Shown here: piece by piece, positions 20,261-28,620 of the stretch
Numbering within the stretch: position 1 is the first letter of the stretch
Layout: every line of letters begins with the position of its first letter
Assembly: GCA_040289515.1 (NCBI GenBank)
Contig: PSLI01000025.1
Coordinates: forward strand, 1 to 33,706
Length of the DNA stretch: 33,706 bases
Direction: 5' to 3'
From: Candidatus Sysuimicrobiota bacterium
GTDB lineage: Bacteria; Sysuimicrobiota; Sysuimicrobiia; Sysuimicrobiales; Sysuimicrobiaceae
The notes under the pieces: generated by a model
What the model was told of the DNA's origin: nothing
Seen by the model: only the letters and a program-made list of their open reading frames with translations
Databases searched by the model: none
Made by a program: the position numbers and the translations under genes

Positions 20261-22008
20261 GCCACAGGCAGGTGCTGCCGGCCCTGGCCCTGGGGGGGCT
20301 TGTGCTCGTGCCCCTGTGGGTGCAGGACAGCTTCTTCCTCAACGCCATGATCCACGTGTTCCTGTTGGGCGCTGCGGCGCAGGCGTGGAACCTCATCGGC
20401 GGATACGCGGGCCAGATCTCCTTCGGGCACGCGGCCTTCTTCGGGCTGGGCGCCTACACCACCAGCTGGCTGTTGAGCCGGCACGGGGTCAGCCCGTGGG
20501 GGGGGCTGTGGGCGGGTGCCGGGGTGGCCATCGGGGTGTCCCTGGTCTTGGGCTACCCCACCTTCCGCCTGCGGCGTCACTTCTTTGCTCTGGCAACTCT
20601 GGCCCTGGCGGAGATCCTGCGCATCTCGTTCCTGAACTGGGAGGCGGTGGGTGCCGCGGTGGGCCTGTATCTGCCCCTCCAGTACCGCAACCGCCTCGCT
20701 TACCTCATGTGGGACAGCAAACCCCCCTACTACTGGACTGCTCTGGGAGTGGTGACCCTGGCCACCGCGGTGGCGTGGGTGGTGGACCGGCACCGGGCGG
20801 GTCGGTACCTGCGCGCGGTGGAGCAGGACGAGGACGCTGCGGAGATGCTGGGTATCCCCACCCGGCGCTACAAGCTGTTCGCCATGGGTCTCAGTGCGGC
20901 CCTGACGGCCGTGGCGGGTGGCGTGTACAGCCTGTACGTCCTGTACATCGACCCGTACAATGTCATGGCCAGCCGCATCTCCCTGCTAGTGGTGGTGATC
21001 GCCCTCATCGGCGGACGGGGCACGGTGGCAGGACCCCTGCTGGGGGCGCCCTTCATCGTGCTGCTGAACGAGTACACGCGAGCATGGCTGGGCGGCAGGG
21101 GCGCAGGGGTGGACTTCATCCTGTTCGGCCTGCTGGTGGTGCTGCTGTCCCTGTACCAGCCACGGGGCCTGGTGGGGCTGCTGAACGCCTTCCGGGCCCC
21201 GCCGCAGCCCGTACCCTCCGGTGCCGGTGACGACCGGCCGGAGCCCATGCAAGGGGCCTCCCAGGAGGGAGAGGTGGTGCTGCGCATCCGGGGCGTGCAG
21301 AAAAGCTTCGGCGGGGTGTGGGCCGTCCGCGGCGTGGATCTGGACGTGCGGCGCGGGGAGATCCTGGGGTTGGTGGGGCCCAACGGCGCGGGAAAGTCCA
21401 CCCTGTTCGACTGCCTGACAGGGTTCCTGCGCCCGGACGCGGGGGAGGCGGTGGCGGACGGGGTGCGGCTGGTGGGGCTTGCCCCGCACCGGGTGGCGTG
21501 GGCCGGGTTGGCGCGCACCTTCCAGAACCTGCGGGTGTTCCCCGAGCTGTCGGTGTGGGACAACGTGCTGTGCGGGGTGGAGCACCGCGGCGAGGGGTTG
21601 TGGGAGGCCACCCTGCGGGAGGTCCCCTTGCCGGTACAGGAGGAGGTCGCGCAGCTCCTGCGCTCCTTCAACCTGTGGGAGCAGCGCCATCAGCGCGCGG
21701 GGGAACTGTCCTACGGGCAGCAGAAGCTCCTTTCCCTGGCCATGGTGGTGCTGCGGCGACCTCGGGTGGTGCTCCTGGACGAGCCCGCGGCTGGGGTCAA
21801 CCCCGTGCTGGTGGAGGAGATGGCTCAGCGCATCCGTGCGCTCCATGCCGCGGGGCTCACCTTCGTGGTGATCGAGCACAACATGGACTTCGTGACGCGG
21901 ACCTGTCACCGGGTGGCCTTCATGGCGGAGGGCCAGGTGGTGACCGTGGGGGCGCCGGAAGAGGTCCAGCGGGACCCACGGGTTCTGGAACTGTACTACG
22001 GACGATGA
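20257..22008 (+). CDS. Fused Liv-type permease (LivM-like) and ATP-binding subunit (LivG-like)
   Basis: One frame carries WNLIGGYAGQISFGHAAFFG...PRGL, a Pro-rich linker, then GPNGAGKST, RTFQ, LSYGQ, LLDEPAAG and IEH. GTGA overlap at the start. Confidence 0.93.
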   Translation: MSHRQVLPALALGGLVLVPLWVQDSFFLNAMIHVFLLGAAAQAWNLIGGYAGQISFGHAAFFGLGAYTTSWLLSRHGVSPWGGLWAGAGVAIGVSLVLGYPTFRLRRHFFALATLALAEILRISFLNWEAVGAAVGLYLPLQYRNRLAYLMWDSKPPYYWTALGVVTLATAVAWVVDRHRAGRYLRAVEQDEDAAEMLGIPTRRYKLFAMGLSAALTAVAGGVYSLYVLYIDPYNVMASRISLLVVVIALIGGRGTVAGPLLGAPFIVLLNEYTRAWLGGRGAGVDFILFGLLVVLLSLYQPRGLVGLLNAFRAPPQPVPSGAGDDRPEPMQGASQEGEVVLRIRGVQKSFGGVWAVRGVDLDVRRGEILGLVGPNGAGKSTLFDCLTGFLRPDAGEAVADGVRLVGLAPHRVAWAGLARTFQNLRVFPELSVWDNVLCGVEHRGEGLWEATLREVPLPVQEEVAQLLRSFNLWEQRHQRAGELSYGQQKLLSLAMVVLRRPRVVLLDEPAAGVNPVLVEEMAQRIRALHAAGLTFVVIEHNMDFVTRTCHRVAFMAEGQVVTVGAPEEVQRDPRVLELYYGR

Positions 22009-22769
22009 GGGCGCTGCTGGAGGTCCGGGACCTACACGCGGGCTACGACCGCCGGGAGGTGCTGCGGGGCGTGGAGGTGTCCGTGCAGCCCGCGGAGATC
22101 GTGGTGATGATCGGCCCCAACGGGGCCGGCAAGTCCACCCTGCTTCGCACCGTGTTCGGCTTCCTCCCCCCGTGGCGCGGGGAGGTACTCCTGGACGGCG
22201 AGCCCATCGGGGGGCTTGCGCCGCCCGAGATTCTGCGGCGGGGTGTCTGCTACGTTCTGCAGGGCTACAGCGTGCTGCCCAACCTCACCGTGTACGACAA
22301 CCTCCTGCTGGGTGCGTACGTGCGCCGCGACCGGCGGGTGCGGGAGGACGTGGAGCGCGTCCTGGACCGGTTCCCCATCCTCCGCCGGCGCCGCCGGGAG
22401 AAGGCCCGCGTGCTGAGCGGCGGGGAGCGGCGGATGCTGGAGCTGGCGCGGGTGCTCCTCCTGTCGCCGCGCCTCGTCCTCCTGGACGAGCCGACCCTGG
22501 GGCTGGCCCCCGCGGTGGTGGACCAGGTTTACGGTATGGTGCACGAGCTGCGGGCCCACGGGATCGCCTTCTTCGTGGTGGAGCAGAACGCACGCACAGC
22601 GCTGCGCCACGCGGACCGCGCCTACGTCCTGGAGCAGGGCCGGGTGCGCTTTGAGGGGCGCGGCCAGGAAATCCTCCACCACCCCGAAGTGCAGCGGGCT
22701 TACCTGGGCCCCTCCCTCAATCCTCCAGGGGTGCCAGGCTCGCTACCTCCTCCACCTCCTGGGGCGTGA
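22005..22769 (+). CDS. Liv-type ABC ATP-binding subunit (LivF-like)
   Basis: GPNGAGKST, LSGGE, LLDEPTLGLAP, VEQN, ADRAYVLE and AYLG motifs; ATGA overlap at the start. Confidence 0.93.
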   Translation: MRALLEVRDLHAGYDRREVLRGVEVSVQPAEIVVMIGPNGAGKSTLLRTVFGFLPPWRGEVLLDGEPIGGLAPPEILRRGVCYVLQGYSVLPNLTVYDNLLLGAYVRRDRRVREDVERVLDRFPILRRRRREKARVLSGGERRMLELARVLLLSPRLVLLDEPTLGLAPAVVDQVYGMVHELRAHGIAFFVVEQNARTALRHADRAYVLEQGRVRFEGRGQEILHHPEVQRAYLGPSLNPPGVPGSLPPPPPGA

Positions 22770-23629
22770 GCTCCCACTCCGCGGCCCGGGCGTCGGCCTG
22801 CACCTGTTCGGGGCTAGTGGCCCCCGCGATCACCGTGCACACCCCTGGGCGCGCCAGGAGCCAGGCAATGGCGAGCTCCGCGAGGGTGTGGTCCTGTTCC
22901 CGCACCCCGCCTTCCAGGCGACGCACGATCTCGAAGTTGCGGGGGGTGGCGAACCGGTTGCGCATGTGCTCCAGCTGCGCGAGCCGCGTGCCGGCAGGCG
23001 GTGGCTCTTGCTCCCGGTACTTGCCGGTGAGCATGCCCGCGGCCAGGGGGAAGTAGGGGATCACCCCGATCCCGAAGGCCTGGCAAGCGGGCAGTAGCTG
23101 CCGCTCCACCTGGCGGTTGAGCAGGCTGTACTCCGGCTGCACGGTCACGAAGGAGGTCCATCCGCGGCGGTCTCATACCCACAGGGACCAAACCAGCTGC
23201 CAGGCGGCGCAGTTGGAGCAGCCCACGTAGCGGGCGTTACCGTGGCGCACCACGTCGTTCAGGGCCTCCAGGGTCTCCTCGAGGGAGGTCCACGTAGTCC
23301 GTGCCCAGCCTCCGCAGGCTGCTCTCGATGCCGGCGAGGATGCGGGCCCGACAGGCACCCCGCTGGTTGGGACCTGGGCCCAGGGCCCAGCCCACCTTGG
23401 TGGCCACCACCGCCTCATGACGCCGGCCCCGCAGGGCACGCCCCAGGTACTCCTCCGACCGGCCCTCCCCGTAGCTGTCCGCGGCGTCGAAGAAGGTGAT
23501 GCCGCAGTCCAGGGCGGTCCGCACGACCCGCTCGGTGCTCTCCGCGTCCAGGGCGCGGCCGAAGTTGTTGCACCCCAACCCCACCACGGCGACCTCCAGA
23601 CCCGAACGCCCCAGGCGACGGTACTTCAC
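22717..23629 (-). pseudogene. Aldo/keto reductase pseudogene
   Basis: Starts KYRRLGRSGLEV..GLGCNNFG..FDAADSY..ATKV..SLRRLGTDYVDL. A frameshifting deletion near 23285 joins DYVDL to LEETL and removes the catalytic-His segment. An in-frame TGA lies at 23175-23173, after which homology continues (QPEYSLL, PYFPLAAGMLTGKY). Confidence 0.9.
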
Positions 23630-23660
23630 GGTTCCCTCCTCGTGTTGCAATGGCCGGGCC

Positions 23661-23687
23661 GCAGGAATTCCGCCGCCCCCGGCGAAC
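23661..23687 (+). promoter_or_regulatory. Candidate sigmaH-like promoter upstream of the receiver-domain gene
   Basis: GCAGGA-N16-CGAAC with WWW (ATT) after AGGA. It ends 8 nt before a GTG start that has no SD. Confidence 0.4.
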
Positions 23688-23695
23688 TCTGCGCC

Positions 23696-24034
23696 GTGCC
23701 CGACGAGGTGCTGCTGGTGCTGTCCGACACGCGGCTCCGGGCCTTCGCCCTGGCCCAGCTACAGGAAGAAGGATACCAGGTGGTGGCGGCCCCCGACTTC
23801 GCCGCCGCACGCCGCCTGCTGTCCCGGGGGCTGCGGCCGCAGCTGGTGGTGGCGGACCTTTCGGTGGCCTCAGACGCGGACCTGGAGGCGCTCGCAGGTG
23901 GCGGCGTGTTGGTGCTGGCGGTCGCTGGACACCTGGACCGGCAGCGGGCTGCGCGGTTGGGGCTTCCGTGCGTGCGTCGACCCTTCACCGTGGGCCAGCT
24001 CGTGGAACACGTACGCCGCCTGACCGGAAGATAA
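23696..24034 (+). CDS. Stand-alone atypical receiver (REC/CheY-like) domain protein
   Basis: VLLV..D..LR....L.EEGYQV, PQLVVADL and RPFTVGQLVEHVRRL follow the REC fold pattern. The acidic pocket is degenerate and KP reads RP. Start inferred. Confidence 0.65.
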   Translation: MPDEVLLVLSDTRLRAFALAQLQEEGYQVVAAPDFAAARRLLSRGLRPQLVVADLSVASDADLEALAGGGVLVLAVAGHLDRQRAARLGLPCVRRPFTVGQLVEHVRRLTGR

Positions 24035-24040
24035 GGCGGG

Positions 24041-24830
24041 ATGCCCATGCCGCGCTTTTGCCCGAACCTCAGCCTGCTGTTCGGCGAGTACGGCTTCCTG
24101 GACCGCTTTGAGGCCGCGGCCGGGCAGGGCTTTTCGCGCGTGGAGTTCCAATGCCCGCAGGCACCTGCGGAGGAGATAACCCGGGCCCTGCGGGAAACCG
24201 GGCTGAGCCGTGCTGTTCAACCTGCCCGCGGGGGACTGGGAGGCTGGGGACCGCGGTATTGCCGCGGATCCCGGGCGGCGGGAGGTGTTCCGCTGGGGTG
24301 TGCGGGAGGCCGCGGAGCTGGCGCGCCAGTGGGGCTGCTGCCGCGTCAACGCGCTCGTCGGCCGCCGGTTGGAGGGCGTGTCCTTTCAGGAACCGTGGCG
24401 GTGCCTGGTGGACAACCTGCGCTTCGCCGCGGAGGTGCTGTCCTCCGCGGGGACGATGCTGCTGGTGGAGCCCGTGAACCGCCACGACGTCGCCGGGTTT
24501 TTGGTCCCCACCACCGCGGAGGCGGAGCGGCTGTTGGACGAGGTGGGGATGCCCAACGTGGCCCTGCAGTGCGACGTGCACCACATGCAGCGGGCGGAGG
24601 GGAACCTGGTCCCCACCCTTCGCCGGCTGGTAGCCCGGCTGGGGCACGTGCAGATTGCGGACGCGCCGGACCGGCACGAGCCGGGCACCGGGGAGATCCA
24701 CTATCCGTACGTGCTGCGGGTGCTGGACCGCGCTGGGTATGCGGGGTTCGTGGGCCTGGAGTACCGGCCCGCCGGACGCACGGAGGACGGCCTCGGGTGG
24801 ATCGAGGCGATGGGCTTCCGGAGAGACTGA
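24041..24830 (+). pseudogene. hyi: Hydroxypyruvate isomerase, frameshifted
   Basis: PRFCPNLSLLFGEYGFLDRFEAAA...LRETGL is in one frame. VLFNLPAGDWEAGDRG...HVQIADAP.RHEPGTGEI...GLEY is in another. The frameshift lies near 24203-24210. It is a single lesion, so a sequencing error is possible. Confidence 0.82.
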
Positions 24831-24849
24831 GGAAGGGAGGGAGATCACC

Positions 24850-25728
24850 GTGCGTGTGGGCTTCGTTGGCTTGGGGATCATGGGAAAGCCCATGGCCCGG
24901 AACCTGCTGCGGGCCGGATACGAGGTGACCGTACACAACCGGAGCCGACCGGCCGTGGACCAGCTGGTGGCGGAGGGCGCGCAGGACGGGGGCTCGCCGC
25001 GGGGTGTGGCGGAGCGTGCGGAGGTGGTTATCACCATGCTGCCCGACGCGCCCGACGTGGAGCAGGTAACCTTCGGACCCCAGGGACTGGTGGAAGGGCT
25101 TCGGCCGGGTTCCGTGCTGGTGGACATGAGCACCATCTCCCCCGTGGCCACCCGGTCCATGGCAGCACGGCTGCGGGAGTGGGGCGTGGCCATGCTGGAC
25201 GCACCCGTGAGCGGGGGCCAGCGGGGCGCAGAGGAGGGCACCCTCTCCATCATGGTGGGCGGTGATGCCGAGGTGTTCGAACGGGTCCGGCCCGTGTTGG
25301 AGGTGCTGGGGAAGAACGTGGTGCACGTGGGGCCCGTGGGCGCGGGGCAGGTGTGCAAAGTATGTAACCAGGTGGTGGTGGCCCTCACCATCCAAGCGGT
25401 GGCGGAGGCGCTGGTGCTGGCCCAGCGCAACGGGGTGGACCCCGCCCGGGTCCGTCAGGCGCTGATGGGCGGGTTCGCGGGGAGCCGGATCCTGGAGGTC
25501 CACGGCCAGCGCATGCTGGAGGGCGACCACCGGCCGGGCTTTCGAGCTCGGCTGCACCACAAGGACCTGCGCATCGCCCTGGAGACAGCCCGCAGCGCGG
25601 GCGTGCCCCTGTTGGGCACCGCCCTGGTTCACGAGCTGCTGGGTGCCCTGGTAGCCCGGGGCTGGGGGGACCTGGACCACTCGGCCCTGGTGCGGATGGT
25701 GGGGGAGCTGGCGGGTGGGTCGGGATAG
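24850..25728 (+). CDS. garR: 2-hydroxy-3-oxopropionate (tartronate semialdehyde) reductase, GarR/GlxR family
   Basis: GFVGLGIMGKPMARNL, DMSTISP, LDAPVSGG, GAGQVCKVCNQ, GGFAGSRILEVHG and GFRARLHHKDL motifs, next to hyi. Confidence 0.88.
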   Translation: MRVGFVGLGIMGKPMARNLLRAGYEVTVHNRSRPAVDQLVAEGAQDGGSPRGVAERAEVVITMLPDAPDVEQVTFGPQGLVEGLRPGSVLVDMSTISPVATRSMAARLREWGVAMLDAPVSGGQRGAEEGTLSIMVGGDAEVFERVRPVLEVLGKNVVHVGPVGAGQVCKVCNQVVVALTIQAVAEALVLAQRNGVDPARVRQALMGGFAGSRILEVHGQRMLEGDHRPGFRARLHHKDLRIALETARSAGVPLLGTALVHELLGALVARGWGDLDHSALVRMVGELAGGSG

Positions 25729-25733
25729 GCGCG

Positions 25734-25762
25734 TTGTGGCCGCCCCTGGTCCGTGCTAAAGT
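25734..25762 (+). promoter_or_regulatory. Extended -10 sigma70-type promoter for glnA
   Basis: TTGTGG (25734-25739), 17 nt spacer ending in TGC, then TAAAGT (25757-25762). Confidence 0.55.
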
Positions 25763-25798
25763 AAGCGCCGAGTTTCCCGGTCGGTGCGAGGAGGCCCC

Positions 25799-27121
25799 AT
25801 GGACAAGCGGGAGGTGTTGAAGAAGGCGGAGACGCTCAAGGTACGCTTCGTGCGCCTGCAGTTTACGGACATCTTCGGGATCCTCAAGAACGTGGAGATT
25901 CCGGTGGAGATGCTGGAGCGGGCCCTGGAGGAAGGGATTATGTTCGACGGGTCCTCCATCGAGGGCTTCGTGCGCATCGAGGAGTCGGACATGATCTTGA
26001 TCCCCGACCCCGACACCTTCGCCCTCTTCCCGTGGAGGGACGGCCAAGCGGTGACCGCGCGCCTCATCTGCGAGGTGTACACGGCAGATGGGGAGCCCTT
26101 CCAGGGGGACCCGCGGTACGTGCTGAAGCGGATGGTCCGGCGGGCCGCGGACCGGGGCTACACCATGATGGCGGGGCCGGAGTGCGAGTTCTTCCTGTTC
26201 CCCACGGACGCGGAGGGCCAGCCCGTCCTCACCACCCACGACCAGGCGGGGTACTTCGACCTGGCCCCCATCGACCGGGGGGAGGAGGCTCGGGCGGACA
26301 TGATCACCGCCCTCAGCGCCATGGGGTTCGAGGTCGAGGCGGGACACCACGAGGTGGCCCACGGGCAGCACGAGATCGACTTCAAGTACGCGGACGTCCT
26401 GCGCACCGCGGACAATGTGGTCACCTTCCGGTTCGTGGTGCGCACCATCGCCCGCCACCACGGGCTGCACGCCACCTTCATGCCGAAGCCCATCGCGGGG
26501 ATCAACGGGTCCGGCATGCACACGCACCAGTCCCTGTTCCGCGACGGGCGCAACGCCTTCGACGACCCCTCCGGGCCGTACGGTCTCAGTCCCACCTGCC
26601 TGCACTACGTGGGAGGTCTGCTGGAGCACGCCCGGGGGATGGCCCTGGTCACGAACCCCCTGGTGAACTCCTACAAGCGCCTGGTACCCGGGTACGAGGC
26701 GCCCGTGTATATCGCCTGGGCGGAGCGCAACCGTTCCCCTTTGGTTCGAGTCCCGGCGGCGCGGGGGCAGGCCACGCGGGTGGAGCTGCGAATGCCCGAT
26801 CCCTCCTGCAACCCCTACCTGGCCTTCGCGGTGATGCTGGCCGCGGGGTTGGACGGGATCGACCGCAAGCTGGACCCGGGCCCGCCCCTAAACCGGAACA
26901 TCTACGCTATGACGGAGGACGAGCTGGAGGCCCTGGACATCCGGGTGCTGCCCCGCAACCTAGGGGAGGCCATGGAGGCCTTCCGGGCCGACGAAGTGGT
27001 GTGCGAGGCCCTGGGGCCCCACGTGGTGGGCGACCTGCTGAAGGCCAAGCGGCAGGAGTGGCGAGAGTACATCGCGCAGGTGCACAATTGGGAGGTGGAG
27101 CGCTACCTGACGCGGTTCTGA
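25799..27121 (+). CDS. glnA: Glutamine synthetase type I (GSI-alpha-like length)
   Basis: FDGSSIEGFVRIEESDM, HHEVAHGQHEIDF, ATFMPKP..GINGSGMH, NSYKRLVPGYEAP and ELRMPDPSCNPYLA motifs. ATG 25799 follows GAGGAGG. Confidence 0.98.
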   Translation: MDKREVLKKAETLKVRFVRLQFTDIFGILKNVEIPVEMLERALEEGIMFDGSSIEGFVRIEESDMILIPDPDTFALFPWRDGQAVTARLICEVYTADGEPFQGDPRYVLKRMVRRAADRGYTMMAGPECEFFLFPTDAEGQPVLTTHDQAGYFDLAPIDRGEEARADMITALSAMGFEVEAGHHEVAHGQHEIDFKYADVLRTADNVVTFRFVVRTIARHHGLHATFMPKPIAGINGSGMHTHQSLFRDGRNAFDDPSGPYGLSPTCLHYVGGLLEHARGMALVTNPLVNSYKRLVPGYEAPVYIAWAERNRSPLVRVPAARGQATRVELRMPDPSCNPYLAFAVMLAAGLDGIDRKLDPGPPLNRNIYAMTEDELEALDIRVLPRNLGEAMEAFRADEVVCEALGPHVVGDLLKAKRQEWREYIAQVHNWEVERYLTRF

Positions 27122-27173
27122 GGGCCCCCTTGCGAGAGGGTCCGGCTGTCCGGTAGTTCCAGGGAGGTGCCCC

Positions 27174-27581
27174 GTGAGGAGAGGGATCCTGACCTTGCTG
27201 GCGATGGTGGGGCTAGCGGTGGCAGCTGTGCCGGGTGAGGGACAGGCCCCTCCCCCGGACGCCGTGTATCTGTGCAACGAGGTGGTTCTGCGCATCCGGG
27301 TGCCCGCGGGCGGCCTGACCGTGGACCAGCGGCGAGAGGAGGTGCGGTTGCGCATCGTCCGCGCCTACGCCAACGAGGAAGTCACGGCGCCGAACATCCG
27401 GCTGAGCCATCTGGACAGCGGCTGGGTGATTATGGTGGGCCGGACGGCCCTGGTGACGGTCACGGAAGCCGACGGCCGCGCCAACGCCAGCACGGCAGCG
27501 GCCCTCGCCCAGGCGTGGACGGCGCGCCTGCGCCACCTCCTGCCCCGATGCCTGCCGCAGCCCCTGCTGCCGGGTCGGTGA
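27174..27581 (+). CDS. Secreted hypothetical protein
   Basis: Sec-type signal peptide (MRRGILTLLAMVGLAVAA), GGAGGT RBS, and it fills the glnA-coxD gap. Confidence 0.75.
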   Translation: MRRGILTLLAMVGLAVAAVPGEGQAPPPDAVYLCNEVVLRIRVPAGGLTVDQRREEVRLRIVRAYANEEVTAPNIRLSHLDSGWVIMVGRTALVTVTEADGRANASTAAALAQAWTARLRHLLPRCLPQPLLPGR

Positions 27582-27636
27582 GGCGCGGGGAAGGCCAACC
27601 GCGCGCAGACCGTTTTGTAAAATTGGGTACTTACTC

Positions 27637-28611
27637 ATGGAGATGGAGCAGACCAAGGCTTTGCGGCCCACCCTGGGGGACGTCGAACAGATCCTGGCCA
27701 CCCTGGCCCAGGAAGGGTACATCGCGGACCGGGAGATCGCCACCGCCATCTACCTGTCCATCGAGCTGCACAAGCCCCTGCTGGTGGAGGGAGCCGCGGG
27801 GGTCGGGAAGACGGAGATCGCTAAGGTGATGGCCCGTGCCCTGGCCACGGATCTCATCCGGCTCCAGTGCTACGAAGGGCTAGACGTGAACACCGCCCTG
27901 TACGAGTGGAACTACCAGAAGCAGATGCTCCGGATCCGACTGGAGGAGGGCAGCGGCCGCACGCCGGAGGAAAAGGAGCAGACCATCTTTTCCGAACCCT
28001 TCCTCCTCCGCCGCCCCCTGCTGCAGGCCATCACCCACCCCCGGGCACCCGTGCTGCTGGTGGACGAGATCGACCGGGTGGACGAGGAGTTCGAGGCGTT
28101 CCTCCTGGAGCTGCTCAGCGACTGGCAGATCACCATCCCGGAGATCGGCACCATCCGGGCCCAACACGTCCCCTACGTGGTCTTGACCAGCAACCGTACC
28201 CGGGAGCTGTCGGATGCGCTTCGGCGACGGTGCCTGTACCTGTGGATCGACTACCCCAGCTTCGAGAAGGAGCTCGCCATCGTGCTGCGCAAGGTGCCGG
28301 GAATCTCCCGCCAGCTGGCGGAGCAGGTCGCGGCGTTCCTGCATGCGGTGCGGAGCCTGGACCTGCAGAAGGTCCCCGGGGTGGCGGAGACTTTGGACTG
28401 GAGCGCGGCCCTGCTGCGCCTGCACCGGGACCACCTGGACCGCGAGGCGGTGGAGCGGACCCTGGGATGCCTGTTCAAGCACCACGAGGACCAGCGGGTG
28501 GCCCGGGGACCGTGGCTGGACCGAGTGCTGGCCGTCATCGCAGATGCGCAGCGGGACGGCCAGTCCTTGCAGGCCGCCCTGGACCGCTTGGAGCGGCTCG
28601 CGAGGGGTTAA
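27637..28611 (+). CDS. coxD: MoxR-family AAA+ ATPase, CoxD-like
   Basis: PLLVEGAAGVGKTE, IRLQCYEGLD, LYEWNY, LLVDEIDR, QITIPEIG, LTSNRTRELSDALRRRC and PGVAETLDW motifs. Confidence 0.9.
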   Translation: MEMEQTKALRPTLGDVEQILATLAQEGYIADREIATAIYLSIELHKPLLVEGAAGVGKTEIAKVMARALATDLIRLQCYEGLDVNTALYEWNYQKQMLRIRLEEGSGRTPEEKEQTIFSEPFLLRRPLLQAITHPRAPVLLVDEIDRVDEEFEAFLLELLSDWQITIPEIGTIRAQHVPYVVLTSNRTRELSDALRRRCLYLWIDYPSFEKELAIVLRKVPGISRQLAEQVAAFLHAVRSLDLQKVPGVAETLDWSAALLRLHRDHLDREAVERTLGCLFKHHEDQRVARGPWLDRVLAVIADAQRDGQSLQAALDRLERLARG

Positions 28612-28620
28612 CAAACCCCT

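Noticed and set aside
27122..27143. Hairpin after glnA (GGGCCCCCTTGCGAGAGGGTCC) as an intrinsic terminator
   Set aside because: The stem is imperfect and has no U-tract; at most an mRNA-stabilising hairpin.
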